From NCBI GenBank assembly GCA_963693365.1, contig CAVNZM010000006.1, positions 9,551,355-9,615,354 of the forward strand: 64,000 nt of DNA, read 5' to 3'. The position numbers and the translations under genes were made by a program. The notes under the pieces are model-generated. The model ran no database searches, had not been told where the DNA came from, and saw only the letters and a list, made by a program, of their open reading frames with translations. Within the stretch, counting starts at the first letter, position 1; every line of letters begins with the position of its first letter. This stretch comes from Amoebidium appalachense (Eukaryota > Protista > Ichthyosporea). This document shows positions 30,014-53,650 of this stretch, piece by piece.

Positions 30014-31297
30014 TCCCGGGCATCTGGCCCGGCATCTGACCCGGAACCTGGCCCGGCATACCATATGGGAACATTGGGTTGAAGGGCATTGGGCCAGGGG
30101 TGGGCATGCGTGGAGCCTGGGCAGGGGCATTGGGATTTGCAGCCTGCTGGGCCTGGGCCTGGGCCTGGGCCTGGGCCAATGCCATGGCCATGAACAGCTG
30201 CGGGTTGACGTTGAAGCCGGGGGGCAGGCCCATGTTGGGGGGCATGCCGGCCATCATGGGGTTGTACATGGACGGGAAGCCCCCCATCATCCCCGGCGGG
30301 CCTGGCTGGGTGGGCACAGGGGGGCGCTGTGCACCGGCATTCTGGAGATTGGCAAGGCCGGCCATGCCCGAGATGGGGGAGCTGATCTTGGCTGGGGCAC
30401 TGGCCTTGAGCTTGGTCTCGGATGAACCCTGCAGTGAAACAGGTATGCCTGTCAGTATCCAGGCATAAACACCAGAGAGAAATGCCGCAGAGCAAAAAAG
30501 CGCTGACAATAGTTATCTGCAGTGGCAGCCAAACACGGAGGGGAGAAGAGCACCCTGCAGGTTGCGCACAAATCAGGAGAAAGGAACAGGACAGGTCTTT
30601 ACCTCATCGTCGTCCCAGAAGCTCATCTGGCGCTCCATCTGCTGCACCACGTGGTCGGCCTGCTGCTGCTGGCGCTGCGCCGCCTGCTGCTGGCGCATCT
30701 GCTCCTGCAGCAGCTGCAGCTGCGCCAGCTGCTGCTGCTGCTGGCTGCCCGGGGCCTCTGGGGCCTGCTGGCGCTGCATCTGGCCCTGCATCAGCTGCTG
30801 CAGCTGCTGCTGCATGGCCTGGCTCTGGCCCGTGGCCCCAGCCAGGGCCGGGGATGCCCCCTGCTGCTGCTGGGTGGGGGCCAGTGCCTGCAGGGCTTGC
30901 TGGCTGGCCTGCATGCCCTGCTCCCTACTGGCCACCGCCAGCCGCAGCTGCGCCAGCTGTGCCTCCAGCGTGGCCTGCTGCGCCCCGGCATCAACACTGG
31001 GCCCTGGTATCGTGGCTGGCACGGCAGGGGCAGACATGGGGGCCACGGGCTGGCCAAAGACCCCCAGGGGAGGCTGGGCTAGGCCGGGGGCTACGGACGC
31101 AGAAACGGGGGTGGGCAGTGGGAGGGTGACGGGGGACTGGGGGAGAGGCAGGTTGGGCATGCGTACAGCTGCAGGGGCTGTAGTAGGCACTGTGGGAGCA
31201 ACGGCTGGCGGCGCAGCTACAGAAGGAGAATAGACCGTGGCAGGGGTGCTCTGGGGCATTGATATTTGGGCCTGCGCCGGCTGCTGTTGTGGTGGCT

Positions 31298-31383
<86 letters not shown>

Positions 31384-31438
31384 TGGAGAGAAAGAGAGAG
31401 AGAGAGGGGGGGGGGGGGGGGGGGAGAGAGAGAGAGAG

Positions 31439-31470
<32 letters not shown>

Positions 31471-31666
31471 CATTAGCGCATGTGTGTGTGCGTGTGTGTG
31501 CGTGTGTGTGATTCCGTGAGCTGTGGTGCTAATGCAATTGTGTATAAGAATGTGTCTGCATGTTTTCCTGTATCTGTGATTGTGTGTCTATGGACGTGTG
31601 GTGTGGAATGTGTGTGTGTGTGTGTGTGTGTGTGTGTCTGTCTCTCTCTCTGTGTGTGTGTGTTTG

Positions 31667-31707
<41 letters not shown>

Positions 31708-32194
31708 TGCATACGTGCGGGCGTGTATGTGTGTGCATGAGGGTTGTACGTATGAGTGAACGGACGTCCACGGTGCAATGCAGGAATCGAAGCAGCAGGA
31801 TAGGTCGCTGCACATCACAGGAATCCGAGCACAATCTTTAAATCCTTCTTGGCTGTCTTTCCCCCCCCCCCCCCACCCCACCCCCTCCCCCCCCACACAC
31901 ACACAGGCGCGCACCACCCCGTCCCCCATCACCCTTCCATCCAGAACAACAAGAAATCCACATCGAGTTGCCACTACTTCATTCATAGACAACACCGGCA
32001 ATGGTACGGGCACAGAAAATGCGTTTCGCACCTACGCACATGTGAATGAACACCCATGTCATTACACTTGAGCCACATTTAACAAGACTAGGAAAAGGAT
32101 AAAGCAAATATTCGAGGAGAGGGGTGGGCTGGGGGAGTTTAGAGTGTGGTAAATGGTACTATGTACAACTACACAATGAGAAAGCCGGGAGGAA

Positions 32195-32235
<41 letters not shown>

Positions 32236-32318
32236 AATCTTGTAGAAGATCACATCAACTCTCGCATGGAGAAAAAACTGATACCAAAGCCTTTCGGCGA
32301 AAAAAAAAAATGGGGACG

Positions 32319-32358
<40 letters not shown>

Positions 32359-34630
32359 CAGGTAACAACTGCACGCACCTTAGCAACAGGCTCAACCTTG
32401 CCATGTTTTGCCTCGTATCTGTCTTTAAGCACCTTTAACAGCACCATCTTATACTTGTGAATCTCCTTCGTCTCGCCATTAAGGTGATCGTATGTGCAAT
32501 ACCGCCCAGTACGGCCATAACCTGATCGTTCCGATAACTCGCACACCTGGTTGTTCCTAGCGCGCTCGCACGGCTGAACCTTGTAATTGTGGGGGTGGTA
32601 TTGCTTGGCCGTGTGCCCGGCATTAGGCCCCAAAGCGAGAAAATCGTCGGTGCGGGGATCATACTCCACAGGGTCACGCTTGTCAATATACTCTCCAGGA
32701 TTGGCAAGATCTTCGTGGTATCCGGGGCACCTATAGTACAACGTGTTAGTTTTGGGCATGCCTGGGCACTTAGGAAGAATGTCGGGTTCATAAAAACTGC
32801 AATGGAGATCACACATGCAGGAAGGGCTCGAGTGTGAGAGCAAGGGATGAGGTATGTCCACAGATCAATACAAAAACGATCTACACTGGAGAGTGGCGCT
32901 AACCCCAATGGGGAGGGGGGGAAAGGGTGTGTGTGGGGGGGGGGGGGGTTTGAATGCGGAACACGGTACGAAGTACGCATACACGATGAGAAGGATGGTG
33001 CAGGACACATGCAAAGGCAAACATTCAAGTATGCAACATCATCGCGCACAGTATGCGTCATAAGCAGAGCCCACCCTCAGGGAGGGCCCAAGTCATCAAT
33101 TGCGTCTGAGTTTCGACCCCTTAGCCCGCGTATATACGACTCTCCAACTCAGGCAGCAGCATCAACTGAACTTGGGAGGGTCAACCCGTCTTGATCAAAG
33201 ACGACCAGGGTTGCTTATGCAAGCAAGGTGAGCAAAACGGTGAAGATGTGTGTGCAAACTAATGCAGTGCAGCGAAAAATGTGTATGTGCTTACAGATGC
33301 ACGACACAGAGCAACCATGCCCGGTTGCATGGAAGTAAAGCGGCCTCCACACAGTGGTCTGTCCTGAAAGGACACCTCTGAAAGAAGACTGGGGGGGTTT
33401 GAATGCGGAACACGGTACAAAGTACGCATACACGATGAGAAGGATGGTGCAGGCACATGCAAAGGCAAACATTCAAGTATGCAACATCATCCATGCGCAC
33501 AGTATGCGTCATAAGCAGAGCCCATCCTCAGGGAGGGCCCAAGTCATCAATTGCGTCTGAGTTTCGACCCCTTAGCCCGCGTATATACGACTCTCCAACT
33601 CAGGCAGCAGCATCAACTGAACTTGGGAGGGTCAACCCGTCTTGATCAAAGACGAGCAGGGTTGCTTATGCAAGCAAGGTGAGCAAAACGGTGAAGATGT
33701 GTGTGCAAACTAATGCAGTGCAGCGAAAAATGTGTATGTGCTTACAGATGCACGACACAGAGCAACCATGCCCGGTTGCATGGAAGTAAAGCGGTCTCCA
33801 CACAGTGGTCTATCCTGAAAGGACATCTCTGAAAGAAGACTGGGAGGGTTTGAATGCGGAACATGGTACGAAGTACGCATACACGATGAGAAGCATGGTG
33901 CAGGACACATGCAAAGGCAAACATTCAATTATACAACATCATCCATGCGCACAGTATGCGTCATAAGCAGAGCCCATCCTCAGGGAGGGCCCAAGTCATC
34001 AATTGCGTCTGAGTTTCGACCCCTTAGCCCGCGTATATACGACTCTCCAACTCAGACAGCAGCATCAACTGAACTTGGGAAGGTCAACCCGCCTTGATCA
34101 AAGACGAGAAGGGGTTGCTTATGCAAGCAAGGTGAGCAAAACGGTGAAGATGTGTGTGCAAACTAATGCAGTGCAGCGAAAAATGTGTATGTGCTTACAG
34201 ATGCACGACACAGAGCAACCATGCCCGGTTGCATGGAAGTAAAGCGGTCTCCAACACACCGAGTCACAGACGGGTTTCTCACCCTCTATGATACCGCGTT
34301 CCAACGGATCTATACCCGGGCTGTACAAGATACACCAACTTTAGTCTACAATGCGCCGTGGAGACCACGGAGCTTTGAAACTTGAGCTTTTCCCGCTTCA
34401 CTCGCCGTTACTAGGGTGTGTGTGTGTGTGGGAGTGGGGGGGGGGGGACTCAAAACGCCGTACACAGTAAGAAATGCAATTCATACGGGATAGTGCAATG
34501 CACACACACATCGTATGGAACGGAAGTAGAGCCTATTCTCAGGGGGAGGTCAAGTCATCCTCAGGATCCAAACTTCGACCCAGTCAAGCAATGCCCGAAA
34601 ACCAACTTCAATATCACTTCTATCTCATTG

Positions 34631-34677
<47 letters not shown>

Positions 34678-35208
34678 GGTGGGGGAAGGCGGGGCAGGGG
34701 AGGGGGGAGGGGGGGGTTGTTGTGGAACCCTGCACGAAGTACAATCACACGATGAGAAACACTGTACCAGACACATGCAACGACATGCAACATCTGCAAT
34801 GCCAACAATATGCGACATAGTAGAGCCCATCCTCATCGAGGCCCAAGTCAATCACAACTGTGTTTCGAACCCTTTCACGAAATCCCCACACCATCGGGGA
34901 GAGGGGGGGGGGGGGGGGGGGGGGGGGGGGCTTAGAGGGAGGTTGGGACTTACTGATAACGGTCGACACAAATTTTCTCCTTGCAGGGTTTGGTTTTAAA
35001 CTCGGTCATCAGGTAGTAGAACCATTTATCTGCAGAAGAAAATATTACACAGTGAGCAAAGACGACGAGAGGGATGGAGAGGGGGGAGGTGTAGACATAG
35101 ATGAGCATGCAGTACACTGTAAATGTCACAAAGAAACACACAAAGCAAACGTCTCACACCAAAAACGATATGAGAGAGGCGCAGAAGAGGGGGGAAGACT
35201 GAAGGGGC

Positions 35209-35288
<80 letters not shown>

Positions 35289-35713
35289 ATGTGTGACCAA
35301 AATCAACTAGGCGAAAAGAAAACATAACACGTGAGTGTGGAATTATCACAAGATACCCTTTACTAACCCGGGTGCGAGGCTGCACGTGCGAGCACAGACA
35401 GAACACACACACACCACATACAACTCGCACTGACACGGGCCACAATTGAACAAAACCACAAGGCAGAATTGAGATTTATCCAAAAAGGTAAATGGACACA
35501 CACACACACACACACAAACACATACACAGTCATTCGGACGAGCCCACAAGGAACCAATTATATGCTATACACACCCACGACACTCCCCCCCCACTCCCCC
35601 ACCCCCCGGCGTGAGACACCGGCAAGCCCTCCACAGAACACACGAAAAAACACACACACACAGAGCCAAGCACACACATACAGACGCACAAGCCGTGCAC
35701 GCATGCCCAACCG

Positions 35714-35758
<45 letters not shown>

Positions 35759-36743
35759 ACCACCGTAACCACTACCACACACCCACACAAAAAAAAAAAA
35801 GAAAGAAAGAAAGGGGAAAAAAAAGAAAAAGAAAAAAAAAGTAAAAAAAGAAAAAAGAAAAAGAAAAAAAAGGGGGGAAAGAAAACATGTGTACGCACAC
35901 ACACACACACGTACACCACAACAACAAAAGACACATGGTTCCGGAGGCAAGGACTGAAACAGGAGCAACTTACAGGTGATGGGCAGAGGAGGATAAAAGA
36001 TTCCGTCAAACACAGCGCCAGCATTGCGCCAGCTTGGCACATAGCGTTCACCAGGATGAAGAAACGCACAGGCCTTCTGGGTGCAATCTTTGCCACGGTC
36101 ACACTTGTTAGTCTTGTACACATCCGGATGAAACATGTAATCCACGGTACGTTTATCATTCACCTGACTGGCTAAGTAGCGCCAAGGCGGATACTCGTTC
36201 CCTTGTATACGAACTTCACGGCGATTTTTTCTTGGGATCATACTCGAACATGGTGCGATTAAGCTTGTTGACCTCGTCGGCAGACAAAAGCGGCGGAATC
36301 CCCGCAACTGGTTTCTTAACCGCCTTCTTAGTAACCACTGCAAGGGGAAAAGAAAAACAGTTAGCACCTGTCGACAGTTGGACGAGCAACAAAAGTGACC
36401 ACGAACACCTTGAACGTGTATTAATCAGCGGTCGCTTTTCTGTAATCAAGCTTTTTTATAACAAAAAGTAAATAATTGTGTACAGAAGGAACTTTTCACT
36501 TTAGTGCACTTACATTCAGGCCAAGTTCTTGGACACATGCACAATTAACTCCAACAAACAACATGCACTCAGCTACAGATCCAACAAAACCGAAAGCGAG
36601 AGCAAAGGGATCGCAAAGCAATACCCACCTTGCATGTCAGATAAATCATCTTTGGCGGCAGCACTAGCGTTTGCATAACTAGGCTTTACACTAGTACCAC
36701 CACCCTTCCCTCCACTCAACAAAGCAAATCGGTTATCACCCAT
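28821..36743 (-). CDS. Unkempt-like CCCH zinc-finger protein with Q/P/M/G-rich region and C-terminal SAM domain (paralogue A; one frameshift; last exon not located)
   Basis: Exons 36629-36743, 35974-36337 (extra A in the run at 36225-36230), 34954-35029, 32379-32730, 30603-31295, 29875-30428, 28821-28995. Fingers [34 protein letters not shown] and [17 protein letters not shown] resemble Unkempt YKT-type fingers. SAM: [42 protein letters not shown]. Confidence 0.8.
32948..34255 (-). repeat. Head-to-tail tandem array of three ~450 bp units (second subfamily of the repeat family; retrozyme/pLTR-like)
   Basis: Units start with tttgaatgcggaaca at ~32949, ~33398 and ~33849 and differ by only scattered substitutions and small indels. 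They share blocks with the 8910 copy (ataagcagagcccatcctcagg, gagtttcgacc, caactcag, cccgtcttgatca.agacgagcagggttgcttatgca). Confidence 0.92.
34505..34875 (-). mobile_element. Two degenerate copies of the structured repeat
   Basis: agagcctattctcagggggaggtcaagtcatcc...cttcgacc (34528-34580) and cgaagtacaatcacacgatgagaa...agagcccatcctcatcgaggcccaagtca...gtttcgaacc (34735-34872). Confidence 0.65.
35214..35285. repeat. (TA)n microsatellite
   Basis: Uninterrupted TA run. Confidence 0.95.
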
Positions 36744-38076
36744 TCTCGAACTCTCAAACAAAACCTCTGAGCAAGCTCGCACCACAATGTTAAGAAAGCA
36801 TCCACTATCACCACAATTAAAGCACGTACTCCACTCTATCAAAATACTGTAGTGTGTGCCCTAACCTAAACATAAAAAAACAGTGAATGCTCTTTCAATG
36901 ACCTCCAAAACACCTAAAGAGAGAGAGCGCAGTGTGCCCTGCTTGCACAGCAGCTTTGTGGGCTTGGCAACTTGAGTCACGGCCTGACGGCGCCAGCGTC
37001 GTGCTGGTTGGCAAGCAAACAACCGGTCATATCTTGTATATGTGGATACCTGATATCACAGGCTAGCTGCATGTATTTTACGCATAGATATCTATGAGAT
37101 ATATCATAATGCGCTTGAGTGTTGTGGGAGACTGGGCGCCAACTTTTGACACCCTAGACCTTGAGGTCATGACGTCATCGAAGATTTTCTTTTTTCTTAT
37201 TTTTGGCCGGACCCGTTACGGTTCACTGCTCACTGTTTTACTAAGTTAGGCTAGCCTTTATATGTATAAGAATAGTGCACTTGTCACGGCGACCTTCTGC
37301 AAGCAGCTGTTTACATAGCCTAAATATTCAGTGCATTGTCCAACATGCACAACTCGGCCAAACGCGCTGAACTACCCATCGAGTCATGGTACCACATGCG
37401 CATGCGATGCATGCTTTGCCACCGGGCCAGGGCCATGCACCAGACCTTCTTTCTCTTTTCATACCCTCTCCCCTATTTTGTGGTGTGTGTTTGTCTCTAG
37501 GTATTTGCTGAGGGTTGGAGGGTGGGGAGGGGGGGGGGGGGGGGGGAGAGGGGGGGGGGGGGGGGGGGGGGGGGGGAGGGGGGGGGGGGGGGGGGAACGC
37601 GGACTCGTTCACTGTGGGGTTGAATTCGAAGACTGTCTCATGCATTAATTGGTCCCCGCGCGGAGTTGAATACTCGGTCGGAGTTGATCTCTAGAGGGAA
37701 TTCGAAAACGGGCAAAGAATGCTCTTGTATACATGTTACCGCATGGAGCAAAAAGAGCATACAATATGACCTGCTTCTATCACTAGGACTCTTCCCCCCC
37801 CCCCCCCCCCCCCTCCCCCCCCCCCCCCCCAAAAAAAAAAAAGAAAATAAAATTTAATAAAATAAATACTCATACACACTGACACGCACACACGCATACA
37901 CACACACCGTGCACGTGGCACACACAAACACACACACACACAGAGAGAGAGAGAGACACGTGCAATTATTTTTTTGGTGTGCACAGTGCCATGTCATCGC
38001 CGCAGCAGCAGCTGCCTACGCATATGTGTGCGCAATGAATGGCCTAGGTGTGTGTGTGCAGTGTGTGCAGTGGGTG

Positions 38077-38135
<59 letters not shown>

Positions 38136-39039
38136 TTGTTTTTGGTGTTGGGAACCGGGAGAAGAAAAGGGGGAATGATGATCGGATACAGTAGCTACTC
38201 TTCCACTATCATAGTGAGTACTGAGGTTTTACAAATATACAAGGTACGGTGTGTCGATCTCTCAGCAAAACTAGAAGACTAAATAAGAATAATGAGCCGT
38301 TAAACTTTTTCGTGTATACGTATAATTACTTCGCTGAACCGATACCATAATTGACCATTATTTGTTTATCAGTACTACAGCGACCATTTCCAGTGGTGCC
38401 AGAAAAAATCTTTGACATAACAGTCGCAATGAAGCCTAAATGGCATGACGAAAATTCGTTTATACAAAAGTGCTTATACCGAATAAACTGTTTGACACTA
38501 TATATACGACCTAAGAAAACCAATTCATGCATGCGCATTTACATTTGGCATGCCTAGAAAATATCACTGCTATCCCTCTCACCTCCACCACACACTACAA
38601 GTGCACACAAAACCAGGCAGGACAGCCTACCAAAAATCCCCACCAAGTTAAGGTACCTTAACTGTCTACAACCAATCGTACCACCCAATAACCAGGAAAT
38701 GTGAATAAAACGGTCCAAGAGCCCAATAAGCAATGCATTAGAAAAGGACTGTACAACAGAAAACGTGGTTAAAATCCTAGCTAAATCTAAGGCTCAAAAC
38801 CCCCACTCCTCTGTTGCCGGTAAAGACTGCAGCAGCTTCGAGCAGAATCCACCACAGCCTTTCATGGGTTGGTAGAACGAAGCTGCAAAAAAGGAACACT
38901 TTCTATTAGCTTTGAAACTGGGCTTCCCTTAACTTTCCATCCATCGTATCCTCAATCCCTACCACTACCCTGGACACGAATCCCCCCCCCCCCCCCCCCC
39001 CCCCCCCCCTTCCCCTCTCCCTCCCCCTCCCCCCTCGAG

Positions 39040-39074
<35 letters not shown>

Positions 39075-39095
39075 TGCGCGCACACTAGGGCGCGT

Positions 39096-39159
<64 letters not shown>

Positions 39160-39620
39160 GGGCACGCGCACACACACACACAAAGAGGGCGTGTGCGCAC
39201 AAACACTCACATACAAACCACAACTAGTAAGTCATACTCAGATTTGCGCAAAATCTCATCATTGCTTCCCCCCCTCCCCCCCCCCCCCCCCCCCCCCCCC
39301 CCTTTCGCCCGCCCGCCCGCCCCCCGCCTGCCTGCACAAGAGCAACGGCTATTACATTACCATTCCCCGTCACAGTTTTCCACCTTCCTACCAGGCACAC
39401 ACATCACAAATTGCCATCAGTATGCATACAACGGATACACCTTATCCCCTTCCCCCCCCCCCCCCCCCCCCCCCCCCCCCTTCCCCCCCTACACACACAG
39501 GAATCACCACCACCACCACCACCACCACCACCACCACCACATTTCCACTGCCCAATCGGACATCCCTTTCCAGTCCCTAAGCCCAATCATGCCCCACCCC
39601 GGGCACCATGCAGCACACAC

Positions 39621-46301
<6,681 letters not shown>

Positions 46302-47316
46302 ACTGTCTACTCATGCCTATCCGCTCTACACAGCTCAAGCAAGACCGTCTAGGCTAGTGAGGGCAGAGCACATACACCGTGACAACACCGGCGAACCCAA
46401 GTACAGTAAAAAAAAAAAAAAACGCGAACGTGACACGCGCACAGTACCGCGTTCGCGCCAAATTTCAGTGCATCAGGTCACGTGATCCGGTCAGCTGTAG
46501 CCTGCAGCTCCTGGCTGTGCTTGTGCTGAAGCTTCATATCATGCTACCCCAGCAATAGTTTCAGGCATATGCACGGGTATACAGTATTGTATGGTTACAG
46601 GGCAGCTAAGCAGCTGTCTTGTGCGTATTTGAATCATTGCAATGACAAGCTCATGCAATCTGTTCATTACCAAGGCCTCCCACAACCGGTACTGGTCGAC
46701 GGAAGAACTTGTGCAATTAAAAGTGGTGTTTGGGGCGACCAAACGAATCCGTTTGAAATCACCCTCCTGGGTAGGCAGGATTTGCTGATTTAATGAAGAT
46801 ATCCCAGGCTCACAAAAACCCCAGTGCCCCCCTTTTTTTGTTTGAAATGCCCCCTACAACCCAGAACCTTGATATTAGCACACTTACTGGTGTATATTCC
46901 AGCTGCCCTCTTCCAGAGAGTAACGGCATTCGAAGCTGTGACCATAGGCACAGCACCAGAGTCTGGAAGCCTGCCACGCACGTGTACTGGCGCTACCCCT
47001 GTTTCAGAATCTAGTTCTCGTGTGCTCACAAACAATATACACAATGCACTGTAATGGTACAAGTTTTAACAGCCGTAACAAAAAAACCACCTATTCAGCT
47101 TTGTGCTTTGTAAGGTACATTCACAACCACACTGACTGGTAGTATCTGTGTATTTATCACTGTTTTGTGTTCATATCTGTGCGCTCCAGCAAGCTCGAGA
47201 CAACCTGTCTGTGTAACCTTTATGTGAGAGGCATGTTGTCTGAACTCGTGACCCGCCAGCACAAAACCTATCACACCACCCTTTCATGCAAGCTGATGAA
47301 TAATCCAGAAACACCC

Positions 47317-48505
47317 TTACTGTGTAGATTCCGGCTTTGCTGGCTCCGATGCCTCCTTCAACTTCTGCCTGGCTGCCCTTTGTGCATCGTCTACCTCCTT
47401 AAATGCCTCCCAGCTGATGGGCCGTACTGACAGTTTTGGCACCTTTTCATACACGTAGGCCTTGAGCTGTAACATGGTAACATGAGACACAAAATCAAGG
47501 TTTTTGGCGCCCACTAGTCCAGCCCCCCCACCCTCCCGTCCATAGTGACATTCCCTTCCCCCCCCCCCCCCCCCCCTACCCCCCTTCCCCCGGAAACACA
47601 CCCAACCACACCGACCCTCCCTCCAAAAAAAGAACAAAGAGTAAGAAAAACAATGATAACAAAACATTTATGAAAGAAGACCCCCCCCCCCCCTTTCCCC
47701 CCCACAAAAATAAAAAAATAAAAAAATAAATAAATAAAGAATGAAAGATTAAAAGGAACGTGAGAAAGAAACGCAAGTAAAGGACCAGACACGATGGTGT
47801 TGGTAGGAAAAGGGGGGTGGGGGGAGAAGGGGGGGGGGGGGGGGGGGGGGGGGGGGGTGGTTGCACCGTTCTTTGGGCAAGAAAGACAACGAAACCGGTC
47901 ACCCGAAAGTTTCTCATTCTCCCACCCACTCCCACCTCCTCAACTCCCCTTGTTGAACCTTCCGACACACACACACAGCAGCGACACAAACGTTCGGATG
48001 TGTGTGTGTCGTGCACAAGACAGCCCTTCACAAAACCCCTACCCTTTACCAACACCAAACACACTACGAAGGGGGAGGGCCAGGTGAACAAGGGAAGGAG
48101 CAGATTTGGAGTCCGTTGGAGGCAGGGAAGGGGCAAGCTAGGGGGTCGCCACTATTCGCCTTGATTGTCTACAGGCATAAGTGAGCGTGTCGAACATAGA
48201 TACAGCATACCCCACCTCGCAAATACACCCGAAGACGATCACATACCTTGAAACCAGTCAAATCAGGTATAATAAACTCTGGGATCTTGAGCGGACTGAC
48301 CATGTAGCCACCTACACGTAAACGAGGACATCAGCAAAGTTCTTTGCCACTAAGTAGTTGTTGCTGACCTCACAATTCACTTTTCCCCTCGGCCCCCGTC
48401 CTTCCCCCCTCCGCCTGTGCCCCATCACCGTGCCCCTCCGCCCCTCCTCCCACCTACCCACCCACCCACCAACACCACAGCACTTCAACCCCCTCCCCCC
48501 CCCCC

Positions 48506-48536
<31 letters not shown>

Positions 48537-49174
48537 ACAAAAGACATACAGACACCAAGCCCGGCCTCCAATAACCCCTCCCCATCCCCTCCCCAGCACA
48601 GCCAAACGTCAACACAGCTACTTCCCGTCCACCAAGTTGATAAAAAGAGGGCCCGATTCCCTCCCTCCCTCCCCCTTTCCTACCTCCCCACCTGCCCCCC
48701 CCCCTCCTCAACCCCTTTCCAGCCCTCTCCCCTCCCTCCCTCCCCGTGCCCCTTCTTGACGACCAACATTCTCCCTTACAGCTGCTTCTTCTATCCGCAG
48801 TTCAACCCCTTCCACAACTCTGAAATCTCAGGCCTTTTTTTTTCCTTCTTCTGTTCTAGTTGTGCTGACTGCCAACCCCAGCTACAGCCCCAACCAACAA
48901 GCCAACAAACAAGGAAACAAAGGATTTCCCTGGTGCCCTTCAAACCATCTATATCTCGGCCTTGCTGTAACCGTGCACTGCAACCCCGCCTTTCCCATAA
49001 ATAGACGCAACGGACATGATGAGTGTGAAAGCGTGTCAAGAAAGAATTACCTTTCCGCGTATGCCAACCAGTAGACTTGGCGCCGTAACCTTTGTAGAAG
49101 TTCTTGTTTCCTTGTTTGGGCGACAAAGGACCCCTTCGCGCACCCCTCAGGAAGCCTCTCAGAACGTTGAGCAT
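47317..49174 (-). CDS. MRPL41: Mitochondrial ribosomal protein mL41 (MRPL41/yeast MRPL27 family)
   Basis: Exons 49051-49174, 48247-48311, 47317-47466: LSPKQGNKNFYKGYGAKSTGWHTRKGGYMV..KIPEFIIPDLTGFKLKAYV, the typical family signature. Confidence 0.93.
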
Positions 49175-49982
49175 TGTGGCTGTCTTCTCAGTCTAATGAC
49201 GTAATGTGCGCTTCTAGAAATCTCAGAACCCTTGCGTTTTTGTCCTGTGTGTAAACATAAGAAGGCCTGGCTCGCCGTTGGGGAACGAGAATTTACTACT
49301 ACTTCCAGAAATAAGCTAAAACGCGGCTTTACGGTGCCACACACTATACTTCGGCAAGTTTGTCGAAGTAGCTTCCCTCTCCCTCCCTTGTTATGCCTTA
49401 CGAAAGTACAAGCTTAGTACTAGAGCATGCACTCGCGGAAGAAGTCTTCATGCACGCATGCGCGCCTGTCTGCCTGTCACCTGTGTGTGCCGGGCACCGT
49501 GAGCCGAATCTATATATAGCACATTTCGGTATTGATTATCTATTTTTAGAATCGACCTAATAGCCCAAGCGGCCGTGCACGTATCACGTACTACACAGTT
49601 TTGACATGTTTTCTTTAGAGAACCTGCTATGGTTGCGAACGAAACCTGCACGCATCCCCTCCTTCCATCGCCTATGTGTAAGTTTATGACGTGAATTCTC
49701 GGTGGTTATAGCAGTATGGGGTTGACTTCCATGAACCGCCAACAACTACACAGTGACAGCGATTGGATCTTTTCAGCATGTGGCCTGTAGACAGCCCCCT
49801 CTAGTACCTGCTCCTGGCCCCCCTGCTCAGCCTCGTTTACGTTCAGTTCCTTTATTGTCCTATGTTACCCGTTATTGAGTGCGCAACATCTGTCGAACTT
49901 AGACACATACAGTTGTCAAGCTTGAGTTAACTGACAGGAACTCCTACTTCGCAGGTTTGTGCACAGGGCGCCACCTTTGAGA
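49175..49982. promoter_or_regulatory. Probable bidirectional promoter region (MRPL41 / RRM gene)
   Basis: ~800 bp of repeat-free sequence between divergent start codons. Inferred from gene arrangement only. Confidence 0.45.

Positions 49983-53650
<3,668 letters not shown>

Noticed and set aside
33525-33552. C/D snoRNA reading (UGAUGA...CUGA)
   Set aside because: The box C-like word is not conserved in other copies (GGAUGA), the spacing is too short, and the sequence behaves as a truncating repeat.
33555-33640. HDV-like ribozyme reading of the repeat (GCUAA-GGGGUC resembles J4/2-P2)
   Set aside because: The would-be catalytic C is G in the 9 kb and 22.7 kb copies, and P1/P3 are not in HDV order. 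The hammerhead core explains the conserved bases better.
32948-34255. CRISPR-like array
   Set aside because: Units are ~450 bp with no unique spacers, in a eukaryotic intron with no cas genes.
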